Positions 20,101-29,708 of a DNA stretch of 64,000 nucleotides are shown in pieces. Position 1 is the stretch's first letter, and the number at the start of each line of letters is the position of its first letter. A model generated the notes under the pieces. It was not told where the DNA came from and did not search any database. It worked only from the letters and a program-made list of their open reading frames with translations. The translations under genes and the position numbers were made by a program. Source of the stretch: Paramoeba atlantica (Eukaryota > Protista > Discosea); NCBI GenBank assembly GCA_977017575.1, contig CDRNVI010000188.1, forward strand, positions 1-64,000. The letters run 5' to 3'.

Positions 20101-20362
20101 GGTTATTATTTCCCCATGCGGGTTCACAATCTCATCTTTGGCACTATTTGCTGACGTGCCTGTGACTCCCTTGTGTGACTCCGATGACGTATTGTTGTGT
20201 GACACCCGTGACTATTGTTTTGTAAATAAATCACAATTTAATTTCCATACACAATTTGTGTTTATCAAGAACGTCAATGAGAGAAGAATCTTCACTCCCG
20301 CTCTCTCTCTCTTCTCCACTTTCGTTCTCTTCTTCTTCTTCTTTCTCAGGTCCAGAAAACAT
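8129..20362 (-). CDS. Ubiquitin-specific protease, USP4/11/15 type (DUSP-UBL-catalytic), carrying three transposon insertions
   Basis: DUSP ([35 protein letters not shown]), UBL ([30 protein letters not shown]), Cys box [18 protein letters not shown] and His box LYAVVTHLG...GHF...WYNFDDSRV. Exon 20362-20273 joins 13899 in phase 0 across the Copia element. Confidence 0.92.
11240..12862. mobile_element. Non-autonomous TIR DNA transposon (1623 bp) with 14-bp TIRs, 51-bp subterminal inverted repeats and a 3-bp AAT TSD
   Basis: GAGGGTTTCTAAAA (11240-11253) and TTTTAGAAACCCTC (12849-12862) are perfect inverted repeats. Subterminal IRs lie at 11286-11336 and 12756-12806. AAT occurs at 11237-11239 and 12863-12865. 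Removing the element restores the USP exon AFQTLSKKD. No transposase was recognised. Confidence 0.9.
12367..12428 (+). repeat. Three tandem 20-21-bp repeats (GAGGTAATATGTCCCAGCCAA) inside the TIR element
   Basis: Units at 12367-12387, 12388-12407 (variant) and 12408-12428, followed by a partial GAGGT. Confidence 0.9.
13979..14307 (+). repeat. 5' LTR
   Basis: TGTTAAAATCC...TTTATCA. Differs from the 3' LTR at 2 of 329 positions (14078 vs 20038, 14138 vs 20098). Confidence 0.97.
14308..14319 (+). promoter_or_regulatory. Primer-binding site complementary to the tRNA-Lys(CUU) anticodon stem-loop
   Basis: GATTAAGAGTCC lies directly after the LTR. Its reverse complement GGA-CT-CTT-AA-TC corresponds to tRNA-Lys(CUU) positions 29-40. 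Confidence 0.75.
14355..15347 (+). CDS. gag: Copia gag, interrupted at 15289 by a nested DNA transposon and reading into it to TAA
   Basis: NYDEWCVAM and LWDLLQKKH (Copia gag motifs). The frame rejoins pol at 16210 when the insert and one AC copy are removed. Confidence 0.85.
   Translation: MSSLKLKEKQHLSSNNYDEWCVAMLVLFDTINGRKYVTSLHEDLTPEQRIVSAQVAAAIYCNVDAENKKVLAPSIASQEACNPHILWDLLQKKHNPPTTSNRHNLKAGFYSTQLDDTESTDQFLTRLKASADKANAITEKHLRQMREAQAQELRFAFPPPSSSSKSSSSSGLGSTTGSDFTLHSSLGSTAFKSKKKITQEDIKEILIDILVNHLDLAKPILETFGFVGAGLIVEDDMLSVLLTSIHHRYEAVYNYLVGQSHLTFPEAQNHVMEHASDTFESNDQLFANRSSHGKRRKRQKGGSKLGNSTLTPTRQHFFKFAKWPFQKQKN
15289..16208 (+). mobile_element. Defective IS630/Tc1-mariner-like DNA transposon (920 bp) nested in Copia gag
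   Basis: Perfect 22-bp TIRs, CAACGCGTCAACACTTTTTCAA (15289-15310) and its reverse complement (16187-16208), flanked by AC at 15287-15288 and 16209-16210. Confidence 0.9.
15491..16060 (+). pseudogene. Truncated IS630/Tc1-like transposase
   Basis: HTH-like [26 protein letters not shown], then R-x-x-Y...IVFVDE (first catalytic Asp) and YGYG. No second Asp (DN-x-x-x-H) or catalytic Glu is visible. Confidence 0.65.
16210..19887 (+). CDS. pol: Copia pol region: end of gag, protease, integrase, reverse transcriptase, RNase H
   Basis: Open frame from 16210. Contains [10 protein letters not shown] (PR), HRSLGH...CDAC plus TDYAG/TDGAREY/NGLAER (IN), YVDD (RT) and TDSSF/EAEY/ADILTK (RNase H). Confidence 0.97.
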   Translation, partial: RSFSRSPSGSSGSSGFGSGSGSGSGPSTGPGRFDSGRPNQQQCTNGQRRSNQSRSRNPSSSGSSNHLGSQSHCFLFSGESPTSNELNFIVDSGCTRHIVGANLLHAVHDEHSVRPRTICLLDNKRYTSTRAAKITFTSTGTKHQVTLLDVTIIPKVSESFISVSQLAQKDVSTCFMKTGCQLYYNDELIAIGTKVQNLYRINISFPDGRLLADQSPALSSSSSSSSSSSSSWLSTSYSRPRSSRFSSIMDLHRSLGHANPRQLIYAMESDSIQGVSLNDIERVIEKCDACAQAKMKTLKKNGSKPSSATYPMESLQTDYAGPFSPTLAGHRGFQATIDVCSRRVFSDLSKTRTENSDNLADLVVAGENFTGNSVRTIRTDGAREYTHTFKKFAVKKGIQLQHSSPHCQSQNGLAERAIGKILDSSTAMLIESGLARGYWGFAVKYSTLILNCTPTAALNGRTPHEQWYGCPPNVDVHHPFGCLAYRKVPKKQHKKFQPKGERCIFLGIPDGYAGYLILRLRDNRLLVSRDVQFNDKVFPKQHDKTLELDGDDEGYDASFLTSGHNKTPAALDAVDSDESSDEDNENPFIPPMPAPNPVVQPSPPPALRNPFMNPSPHLSPDSLMPLTPHTPISTPPGFPIGPALNQPNVAPSPHVSAPPGHTPRLSAFDRSVQELKENPRRRRAFEASGKANLIVDATESEDVDYLYVQQVLDDAPTSFRAAVSGPNAEKWMEAIQKEFDALTKNGTWTLVPIQSLPAGTKVHQPIWRFRKKLDGRFKARLCFDGRRQIPGIDVFESSSQVPSLESVRAVITAMIQHASRVVQLDVLNAFLHSTVDVDIYMRQPAGFCTNPNLVCKLNKALYGLVQSPLLWQQEIHSTLTIMDFLQSAYSNCIYFYRSGDTWCLLIVYVDDILVASNNTSFIDSVIGFLNKRYGVRVIEGIDLYLGIKCAFDSGAKTVRMTQPHVIEKLIELLQTQSLKPVPTPANPNHILAREGGDRVDITNYRSAIGTLLWLARCTRPDILFQVILLSQFQKDPRIEHWGAIKHLVRYLMGTLNLGITVNRDNDSSFTMMTDSSFGDIQLDRKSASGCVVFLSGTPVVFSSNKQKCTATSSAEAEYIALSDGMKKLMWIINLVNELNTLGFNYPPVPTVFTDSQPVIALVKKNDPENSRLRHIDIHCHWILEFFHSGRTHIDYIKTDYNIADILTKSFKSSGRFKWLRSFIAD
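19928..19938 (+). promoter_or_regulatory. Polypurine tract
   Basis: TTGCGGGGGTG immediately before the 3' LTR, the typical Copia PPT position. Confidence 0.75.
19939..20267 (+). repeat. 3' LTR
   Basis: Direct repeat of 13979-14307. Confidence 0.97.
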
Positions 20363-20659
20363 CACTTTCAAACCAACGAGGAAAAATTAAAAAGAGAAAA
20401 GGAGACTCAGGGTCCCCTTTTTCGAAATGTTGGGTCTCTTTTTTTGGGGAGCGAAGATTCTCCCAAATGATGTTCTCTCCCTCTTTTCCTCATTTTGATG
20501 TTCTCTTCTTTTCCTCTCTCCTTTTTTGAAAAATTGGCTTCATGAAACGGAATAGATAGAGTTCTTTTGTGTTCCAAAAATTAAATGTTTTTTCTTTTTA
20601 TTTTACAAAAATAAGTTTAACTTGGTTTCCAAAAGGAAATTTGAGAGTAAATCAAAATC

Positions 20660-23600
20660 TCATTTCGGAGCTGAGGAGCTTGGCGTTGGGGAGAACTGGG
20701 CAAGTCGAGGAGAAAGAAGAGCAGAAAGCAAAGAAGCAGGAGAAGTTGGTCTGAGTGAAGAAGATGATGTGGGATTGGGGGAGGTGGAAGATGGAGATAA
20801 AAATGAGATTGGTGAGGTTGCTAAGAGAGAGGAAGAAGGAGAGGGGAGTGGAGAATAAATTTCAGTGTCAGAAGGAGAAGAAGAAGGAGAAATGAATAAT
20901 TTTGGGGATGATGACGGAGAAGAGCGGAGTGAAGAAGATGAAGAAGAAGACGAAGAAGAAGAGAGAGACGAGAGACGAGAAGAAATTGAAGATTCTCTCC
21001 TTAATAAAGTTGAAGTTGTTCGATCCAATTCATATTTTGCAAACCCATTTTCTTTCATTCTCGCCCCTTTCTCTCTCGCCTCTCTTTTCGCTTTTTCAAT
21101 GACTCTCTCTGCCCCCTCTCCTCCTCTCAAAAGATCTAGTGCTTCGCATATTAAACTTATTATTTCTTCATCATCCAAAAGAACCTGCAAAAACAACCCA
21201 TTAAAAATGAAAAAGAAAAGAGAGAAAGAGAAAGAAAAGAAAACCTCCAGATCAATCACTTCCATCTCCATCAATTCAACTCCCAAAACATGATTTTGTG
21301 CAAAAATTTGACCAAATTCATCTCCAACAAGAAAAGAAATCCAAACACCAACTTCTGTAACGGACCATTTCGTCACGTCGGATGACAAATTTTTGATAAT
21401 TTTTCTGTTGCGTTCTTTCTTGTTTTCTCGTTTTCTCTTTTCCTCTTCTTCTCTTTGTTCCTCTTCATTTTTTGTTTTTTCTTTATGCTCCACTTCTCGG
21501 AAGGGTTCTTCTTTTCCTTTTTCTTCTTCAACATTTTGAATCTGCTCTCCTTCCTCTTTTCTGTCTGGCGTTTCTTTCTTTTCCAGTTTTGAGTTCAAGA
21601 ACTGAAGTTGCCTTTCCATTGAGGCCATTCTTCCTTCGAATTGTTTCGCCAGAACACGGAATTTTTGTTCGTTTAGAAGCAATTCTTCAATCACCTGAAA
21701 ATAAGTAAATAATTAAATAAACTTCTAGAAAAGAGTTTCCTCTCTTGTTCACCAAGAGAAATGTTAAATAAAAAATTTCAAAAATAAAACAAACTAATTC
21801 TGAATCTTTTGGATCAACCCTTCGTGACCAAAGATGAAGATCTTTCTCGTTCATTACAGGACGAGAGAAAAGCCACCCCAAAAATTCGGGAGCAACATCT
21901 AATTCTGGATATTCTCCAATTTGACAAAAAGATAAATCGAAAATCACCTTTTGGAAAAATGTGTGAGAAAAGAAAGAAGAGAAAGAGAGGAGGGAGAAAG
22001 AGAAAAACCTCAGAGAGGCGAAATCGTTTGGCAAAATTCGTTAAATTGGTACCAATCTTGTCTGGGTTTCCATCATTTAAAAATAACAAATCTTTTTGAT
22101 AGAGACCAAGATATGGAATACATGGTGGGGAAATACCATCCATAATCTAGAAAAGAGCAAAAGTTAAAAATCGAAAATAATAGAACACAGAAAACAAAGG
22201 GAAAAAAATAAAATGAAAAAGATGATTCGTGGGATTGAAACATGTGACATCACGATGTCAAACTGGTCAACCCCAAGATTCAAAATGATTGGGTCAAAAA
22301 AATGGCAAACCTTACGATACGCTTTGAAATTCTTGTCCAAAGAAAAAATCTTTTTCAACTCATTAAACTTCATCATACTTGCGGCAGAAACTTCTTTCAA
22401 AGTTCGAGTCATTCTCCCAATACATGAAGAATTCAGGGCTGTGGTCACCGCCCAGAGACATTGAAAATTTTTTCTTGCTAACAAACATCCCGCCAACTGA
22501 AGAAAGAAGAGAGAGGAAAAAGGATTTGTTAAGACATAAAAGAGAAGAAAAAAAAAAAGAAAACCTCAATCAATCTCTCTAAAATTACAACTCGTTCATT
22601 CAATCTTGCTTTGGTTACCAATTCGCTACAAACCCAACTTGATACTCGATTAAACAAATCAACCAACTAATTGAAAAGAAATGAAGAGAAATTAAGAGAG
22701 GTAAATGAAAAGAGAGGAGAGAAAGAGAAATAAAGAGTTTGAAATTTCAAATGAAAACAAACCTTTACAATATTTCCATACTCTCCCACAGCCCTCTTTC
22801 CTTTCAACCAAGCAAAATGTTCTCTTTCCTCAACTTTCTTGAAAATCGAAAATGCATAAGAAGTCAAAGTGTCAGCTATGACAGACACCTCAAATGTCGA
22901 AAAACTCACAAAATTTTCCGACATTGGAAACGGTTTTTGGGTCCATTTGTCAAAATCGTCAATAACCTTTTTCTCCCTCTTTTTCGTTTGTTTCAATTTT
23001 AACCCAAAAAAATCATTTGAGAGTTGATGGAAGTGCGACCCACTCTCAGGATGATGGCGGCTCTCCGCCAAAGAAGAGAGAAAATTAGAGAATTTTGTCT
23101 GAAGAGGAATATTTGACACCCAATCGAGGTGAAAATATTGCAAAAGCCACGCTGAAAGAAATTCGACCACAATTGGACCTATCAGTTCGTCGCAGTTGTT
23201 TTCATACATTTGGCACATTCCGGTCAGGAGTTCGTCAGAAGTCATAAATGTTGGGTAGGTTAAGAGAAAGGAGTCACGGAATTTGTTTGTTTGTTGAGGA
23301 GGGTTACCTATGAATTAATAATTAATGAATTTCATTTGATAAAATAGAGAATAAACATAAACAATAAATAATAATGGATGAAAAGAAAAGAGAAGAAAAA
23401 TGTGATACATAATATTTCCAACAAACGAGGAACAGAAGCAGCTTTCAATTCAGGAACACCATATTTCCTCAACTGATCCTCTGATAAATTAAAATTCGTT
23501 CGTAAATCAAAAATTGTGGGCGGATTTTGTGGTTTTAATGTCGAACAATGAAGAGAAGAGGATGGGGGGAGATAAGAGTAGATGATTTCTTTCGGGTGTT

Positions 23601-24187
23601 GGAGGAAACCGATTCCGGAATCTGGGTGGAAGTCTCCTGAAAGGAGAGAAGAGAAAGAAAGGAAAGGAAAGGTTAATGAAAAGAGAGAATTTCAAAAATG
23701 AAAGAGAGAAGGAAAAGAGAGAGGGATTCCAGAGAGATAAAAAAAAAGACAAACTCTGATTATCAGGAGAATCAAGCATCAAATCATCTTGGGGGATTGG
23801 TTTCGCTTCCCCTTCTCTCTTTTCTTCTCTCCTCTCTTCTCTCTTTTCTCCTTCTTCTTCAAAATCCATTTTTCTCATTTTTCGATGAGATTTTTGTCTC
23901 GGTGGTGATGGCCTTCTTATTTTGCGTAAAGGAGAAGAAGAAGAGGAAGAAGAGGAAGAGGAAGAGGAAGAGGAGGAAGAGGAGGAAGAGGAGGAAGAGG
24001 AGGGAGAGGGAGATTTTTTGACGTTTCGAGGAGAGGGGGAAGAGGAAGAGAAAGAAGAAGAGAAAGCAGAGAATTTTATGGAATAAGATTTTCTGATTTG
24101 TGGTGAAGAGCCTGAAGTTGAGAAAGAAACTTTTTCTGGTTGAGAGAAAGAAAGAGAAGAGAGAGAAGAAGAGAAAGGAGAAGAGAG

Positions 24188-24221
<34 letters not shown>

Positions 24222-26599
24222 TGATTGGGAAAAGTGACTTGCTTTTCGGAAGTGAGAAGAGGGAGAGAGGTAGAGAGAGGAGGAGGAGAGTCAAAATGAT
24301 ATCCTTTTTCTTTATTTTCTTCTTCTTGTTTCTGTGAACAATGAAATGAGTTTGCATTTAAAGGACAAAAAGAAGGAAAAGATAAGAAAAGAAAAAGAAA
24401 AAGGAAAGAAAATGAAAAAAGAAGAACAAAAAATTTTGAAAAGTTTTAAAAACGCAAACCATATTTCCAAGACTCCTTTTCAATTTCTTCTTCTCCAACA
24501 AAACAACAGTCACTCGATCTTCCATATGATGAGAACAAACTTCTGATGAAGAAGAAAGAGAAGAAAGAGAAGAAGAAGAAGAGAAATCCGAAATTGCAAT
24601 TTTGAGATCTTTTAATATGAGATCACAAATTTGTATCCCGCTCTGAGGAGAAAATATTTAGAAAAAGAAAAGTTGGTTCACAAGTTGGAATTGATTGGGA
24701 GAAGAGAGAGAGAGAAGAGAGAAAGAAAGAGAAAGAACTCTTTTTCCTTTTCCTCTTCTCTTTTCTCAAAAGATGAGAAAAAAGACCTCAATTTCAACAG
24801 AATTTCTCTTTTCCATTTCTTTCAAAAAATCGATATTTTGATCAATTATTGAAATTCGAACATTTAATGGTTCTTCTGAAGATGCAATTTTATACTAAAA
24901 AAGAAAATATTAATTTTTAATTTTCTAAGTCTTTTTTTCTATGTCTCCTGTCGAAATTTTTCAGTTTTCTTTTCTCCTTTCTCTCATATTCTCCTCTCTT
25001 TTCCCTTCCTTCAATAAGGAAAATTGAGCGACAAAAAAAAGAACCTCTGGATTTTTTCGATAGAGTTGCGCCTCTCCTTCTAGCCGTCCTTCTCTTTCTT
25101 TCAAAACAGAAAGACTAAATTGGACAAAAGAAGTTTCTTTCATTTTCTCCATTTCTCCAAAATATTTCTGTAAAAATGAAGAAGAGAAAAAGGGAGGAGG
25201 AGGAGGAGGAGAGGAAAGAGAAGAAGAGAAAATTGGAGGACATTTCTTCTTTTCCAAGAGATTAATGAAGAGATAAACAAAATTGGATGTGTTTAGGAGA
25301 TCAGATAAATTCTCTTGTGAACCAAGAGCTGGGAAGAAAGAAAGAAGAGAGAGAAAAGAGAAGAAAAAAAGAAATTTTCAGTAAAACAAAACAAAAAGAA
25401 AGAGTAAAAAAACAAAAACAAAAAACAAACTCTCTCTTTTGTTCTCCCAAAATTCTGTGACCAAACAATTTTCAAAATCATAAAATCGAATATGTCCCAT
25501 TACCAACCCTTCAACAAAATTGTCTTTCTCCTTTTCTTCTTCTCTCTCTTTCTCTCCTCTCTTTTCTCCGCTCATCTCTTTTAACATCTTTAAATCTCTC
25601 TCATTTTTCTCTCCTTCTGTCTCTTTTCTTTTGAGAATATATTCCAATTCAACAATAAATTGATTGATCAACTTGGTTATCTCGTCACGGAGCGTCACAA
25701 TAAAATTGTTGAGTGACTCGCTTTCCTTCAAATCGTGTAAGATCTGAAATATTGAAATAAGAAATAAAAAAGAAAGAGAAAAATGGAAAGGAAAGACCAA
25801 AGAAAAAAGAAAGAAAGAAAAAACACTCAATTAAAAAGAAAAAAAAAACCTTTTGATTTTTGACAACAATCTCAAGATCAGGTTTCTCGACCAAATAATT
25901 CAAATCCAATATCCTAAAATCAACCCCAATTTGACTCAAAAATGCAATTGTTCGCTCTTCAATTTGAGACACAATCAAATGAAAAACTTCTTCTCTTCTT
26001 TTCCCAGTGACGAGAGATCGAGCCACTTTCGTATATTGTTTGATGCGAGCTTGGATATGTTTTTGATAATTTGAGATTTCTCTTTTCATTGAAGAAGGAA
26101 CTTTTTCCAAATAAGACGTCACCTTTTTCGATGAAACAAAGATCAAAAAACTATGAAAAAAAAAGAAAAAGATAAAAGAAACAATACCTCTTCTAAAGCA
26201 AAACCCAACTTCGGGGGCAAAAAAAATCCACAAGGCACACAACCAATCCATTCCAAACTCACTTGACAAAGAGATTGAATCACTTTTTGACAAAAAAGAG
26301 TAAACATTGGAGAACAATCTCGCACTACCATTTCTAGAAACTCTGATATTTCGAGAAGAGAATCAAGATCTCGAATATCTCCAAATTCCATCAAATCTGT
26401 GCATGATATTGTTGTTGTTGATGGCAGATTTAATTTTGAATCTGATTTTGAGACTTCAACGATGTGAGTAAAGACAAAATGGGCGATTTCTTCTTTGATA
26501 TGTTGAATGAAGGGGTCAAGTACAACAAAAGTCGGATTCACAAAATACATCACATTTCTCGTATTCGATTCAGTACACAAAGGAAGAGCAGAAGCATCA
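20660..26599 (-). CDS. RasGEF (REM + CDC25) with a C-terminal SAM domain; large multi-exon gene
   Basis: REM ELKAASVPRLLEIL...FRDSFLLTYPTF; CDC25 NFQCLWAVTTALNSSCIGRM and PPCIPYLGLYQKDLLFLNDGNPD...NFAKR; SAM WSVTEVGVWI...FAQNHVLGVEL. Upstream exons were phase-checked by hand to about 26200. Confidence 0.8.
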
Positions 26600-26815
26600 C
26601 TGACAAAGAACAAGTCCAAAAGAGAGCCAAACAAAAGAAAAAGAGAATTAATATTTTGTTTTTCTTGAAAGAAAAAGAAACGAAAATGAGGAAAGAGAGC
26701 GAAAAGAGAAAAAAGAAAAAAGAGCGAAAAGAGAGCGAAAAGAGAGGGAAGAAAGAGAAAAGAGAAAAAAAGAGCGAAAAAAGAGAGAAAAGAGAAAAGA
26801 CAGAGAGAAAGAGTA

Positions 26816-27875
26816 CCAATCGAAGTAGTAAACAGCTTCACAAGGAACCTCAAAAAAAATTCTCTCCCAAGGATCCAACGAAAGCTGAAAATAAAAAAAA
26901 AATTCAATTAAAAAAAAAAACGGTTTTAAATTGGGCGAAACCGGGAATCGAACCCGGGCCTCTCGCACCCGAAGCAAGAATTTTACCACTTAACTATTTC
27001 GCCAAATTACGAAATATTCGGTAAAAATAGCCCATTCAAAAAGTCGGGTGGGGTGGGGAAAGTCATTGTTGAGAGGAAGAGGAGAAGAGGAGAAGAGGAG
27101 AGAACCTGTAATCTCTTTTGTCCCAAGTTTACGAAAGGGGTGGCCAATCGACAAAATACAAAAGGAGAAAGGGATCTTTTTTCCCATTGCTCGTTTGTAA
27201 ACCACTCACTGTTGAGAAAAAGGATTGGAAAAAAGAAAAAGAAAGTATTTTCAGTGAAAGGGGAAACAAGAATACCGATAAGGGGGAGGAAGGGCTCCAA
27301 TCTCCACTGCAACCAAGGTAATATTTTGTCCAAACTCCGTATGAAGATCTTCTACAACTCGAGCAATTTCTTCTTGTATTTTCTCGCTTGAATATTTGAG
27401 TAAATTCCAACGAACAATCTTCTTTTGGAGAGTCGAACACAACAAAACCCCATTTTCGCTTTCAGCTTCCTTTTCTCTCTTTTTTGAAAATGAAACTAAA
27501 GATTTTTTCAAAAAATCAGAAGGAGATGTCCCAACAAAAAGATTACAAGGATCAATTTGATGTGTCCCCAAATATTCAAGAAAATCGCATGACATTCCCT
27601 CTAGAAGTTCTTTTCCACGAAAAGTTTTTGTTTCGAGAATTTCGAGATAATTTTCAACCAATTTCTGTTTCATTGCTTTAATTTCAAAAGAGAGAAAAAA
27701 AAATTAGAAATTGTTTTCGTTTCTAAAAACCTGAAGATTTGTGGTGTGTAAAGGAGAGAATGTCGCGGATCGAAATTGTCCAATTTTATTGAGAATTTCT
27801 GCACAATATCTACTTGCCCATTCTCTTTTCCCTAATTTAAAGAAGAAATTAAAATTAATTGAAAAAAAAACAAAG

Positions 27876-27916
<41 letters not shown>

Positions 27917-29471
27917 AGAAACCGTCCATTGCCAAAACATCAGAAAGAGAATTTGAGACATTTTCATTTTCAAGATCAAGTTTCCATTGTTGAGTTTCAG
28001 GACAACCAACACCAAGTACATAGCAACGAATTTCAACAAGAAAGATTGTCATATTGCAAAAGAGAACTTTTTTCTTTTCAAAAAAATAAATTCAGAAAGA
28101 GAGGAGAGAAAAAAAGGAAAGAGACTGAAAAAGAACCTTTGGAGTTTCGATATTAAAGAGAGGCCAAATTGTTGTCCCAAACAAGATACCAATTTCCTAT
28201 TTTATCAATGAATAAAGATTAATTAAAAAGAAAGTTAAACAATTTTTAAAATCAATTTCTCTTTTCAAAAAAGGAAATCTTTAAATTATGAAAATAAATA
28301 AAAATAAAAATAAAGATAAAAATTACTTGAGAATAGCGAGAAAATTTTGGGAAATTTTCTGAAAGATATTGAAGAATTCTTTGATGAAAGGGAGTTTGAA
28401 TTTCTCCTTTTAAAAGAGAGAAAATGGAACTGGTGTTTCGAGAGTGGAAAAAAAAAAATCAATTTTTTGAGTCAAAAAGAAAAGGAAAAGAAAAAGAAAG
28501 AAAGCGAAAAGAGGAAAGAGAGAAAAGAGAGAATGAAATGAAAGAGAAAAGAAAAACCCTCTATTATCAGATGGATAAGAATATAAACTTTCATCGGTTT
28601 GTCTCTTTTCGTCTCTCTCTTCTTTCTCTTCTTTCTCTTCTCTCTCTATTCCTCTCTCTTCTTTTTTCAATCTCATTAAAGTAGCAGGTTTGAATGAAAA
28701 TGAAGCTTCTCTCTTTTCTCCTCTCTTTTCTTCTCTCTTTTCTTCTCTCTCTTTCCCCCTTTCTTCTCTCTCTTTCTCTTTCTCTTTCTCTTTCTCTTTC
28801 TCCTCTCCAACATTTCTGTTTTGTTTTGGAGAGAAAAATTTTAATTGTGAAGAAAAAGACAAATTTTCTCCTTCATCTTTCTCTTTCTCTTTCTCTTTCT
28901 CTTTCTCTTTCTCCTTTCCCTTTTCTTTCGTTAAAGAAATAGAAGGAAGAAAATGAGAGAAGGATTGAGAAGTAAGAAAGGAACGAGAGAACGATTCTCT
29001 CAAATTTTCTTTATCTCTCTCTTTCTCTTTCTCTCTCTCTTGCTCGAAACTTGGTCTCTCTGTTCGTCTCTCTCTTTCTCTTTCTATTTCACTCTTTCTA
29101 CTTTCTCTCTCTCCCATTTCTCCCAAATTGACAGATCTTGGTCGAGTTTTTTCTCTCTGTTCTTTTTCTCTCTTTTCTTTTTTACTCTCTCTTTCCACTC
29201 TCAAAACAGAACCTCCTCTCTCTCTCTCTTTTTCGCTTGTTCTTTTTCTGATAAAAGGGATCATTGTTTCTTCTTTTTCTTTGTCAAGAACCTCTTTTCT
29301 TCTTCTCTCTTCTCTTCTTTTTTTAACTTCCCTTCTTCTCTCCTCCTGATTCCTTTCTTCTCTCTGCTTCTCTTCCTCTTCTCTTTCTTCTTCTTCTTCC
29401 CCTTCTTTCACATATTCTTCCACAATGAGAATATCATCAACTCCTCCCTCATCTTCAAAACAATCACTCAT
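26816..29471 (-). CDS. Exons of a hypothetical protein with a KE-rich N-terminus, probably the 5' part of the RasGEF gene
   Basis: Same strand, GT-AG-bounded non-repetitive exons and no clear intervening stop/start. The phase across 26816-26600 and 28550-28410 was not resolved. Confidence 0.45.
26933..27003 (-). tRNA. tRNA-Pro(CGG), intronic
   Basis: GGCGAAA...CTTGC-TTCGGGT-GCGAG...CCGGG-TTCGATT-CCCGG-TTTCGCC-C, followed by a T-run. Confidence 0.93.
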
Positions 29472-29708
29472 TATTCCTCTGAGAAAGAGAAAGAGAGAAA
29501 GAGAGAAAGAGAGAAAAGAGAAAAGAGAAAAGAAAGGGCCACTCCGCAAAAAGGAAGAACTGTTTCAGGTAAAGCTAAATCTAGATCTCTTTTTATCGGG
29601 CTAAATTTGGAGACCCAAATCAAATTGTGCTGGAAAGGGAATAAATTGCTCGAGGAGAGGTTCAACTTGATTCCCAATGCTTTTTTCTCTTTTTAATTTA
29701 TTGTTGTT

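Larger units (their letters stand above)
13979..20267 (+). mobile_element. Ty1/Copia LTR retrotransposon, full length, antisense within a USP intron
   Basis: 329-bp TG...CA LTRs, 5-bp TSD AGAAC (13974-13978 and 20268-20272), and domain order gag-PR-IN-RT-RNaseH. Confidence 0.97.

Noticed and set aside
28140-28410. RhoGAP-like fragment (KIPKISRYSQEIGILFGTTIW) in the upstream RasGEF exons
   Set aside because: The resemblance is too short, the reading phase into this exon is unresolved and no arginine-finger segment was seen.
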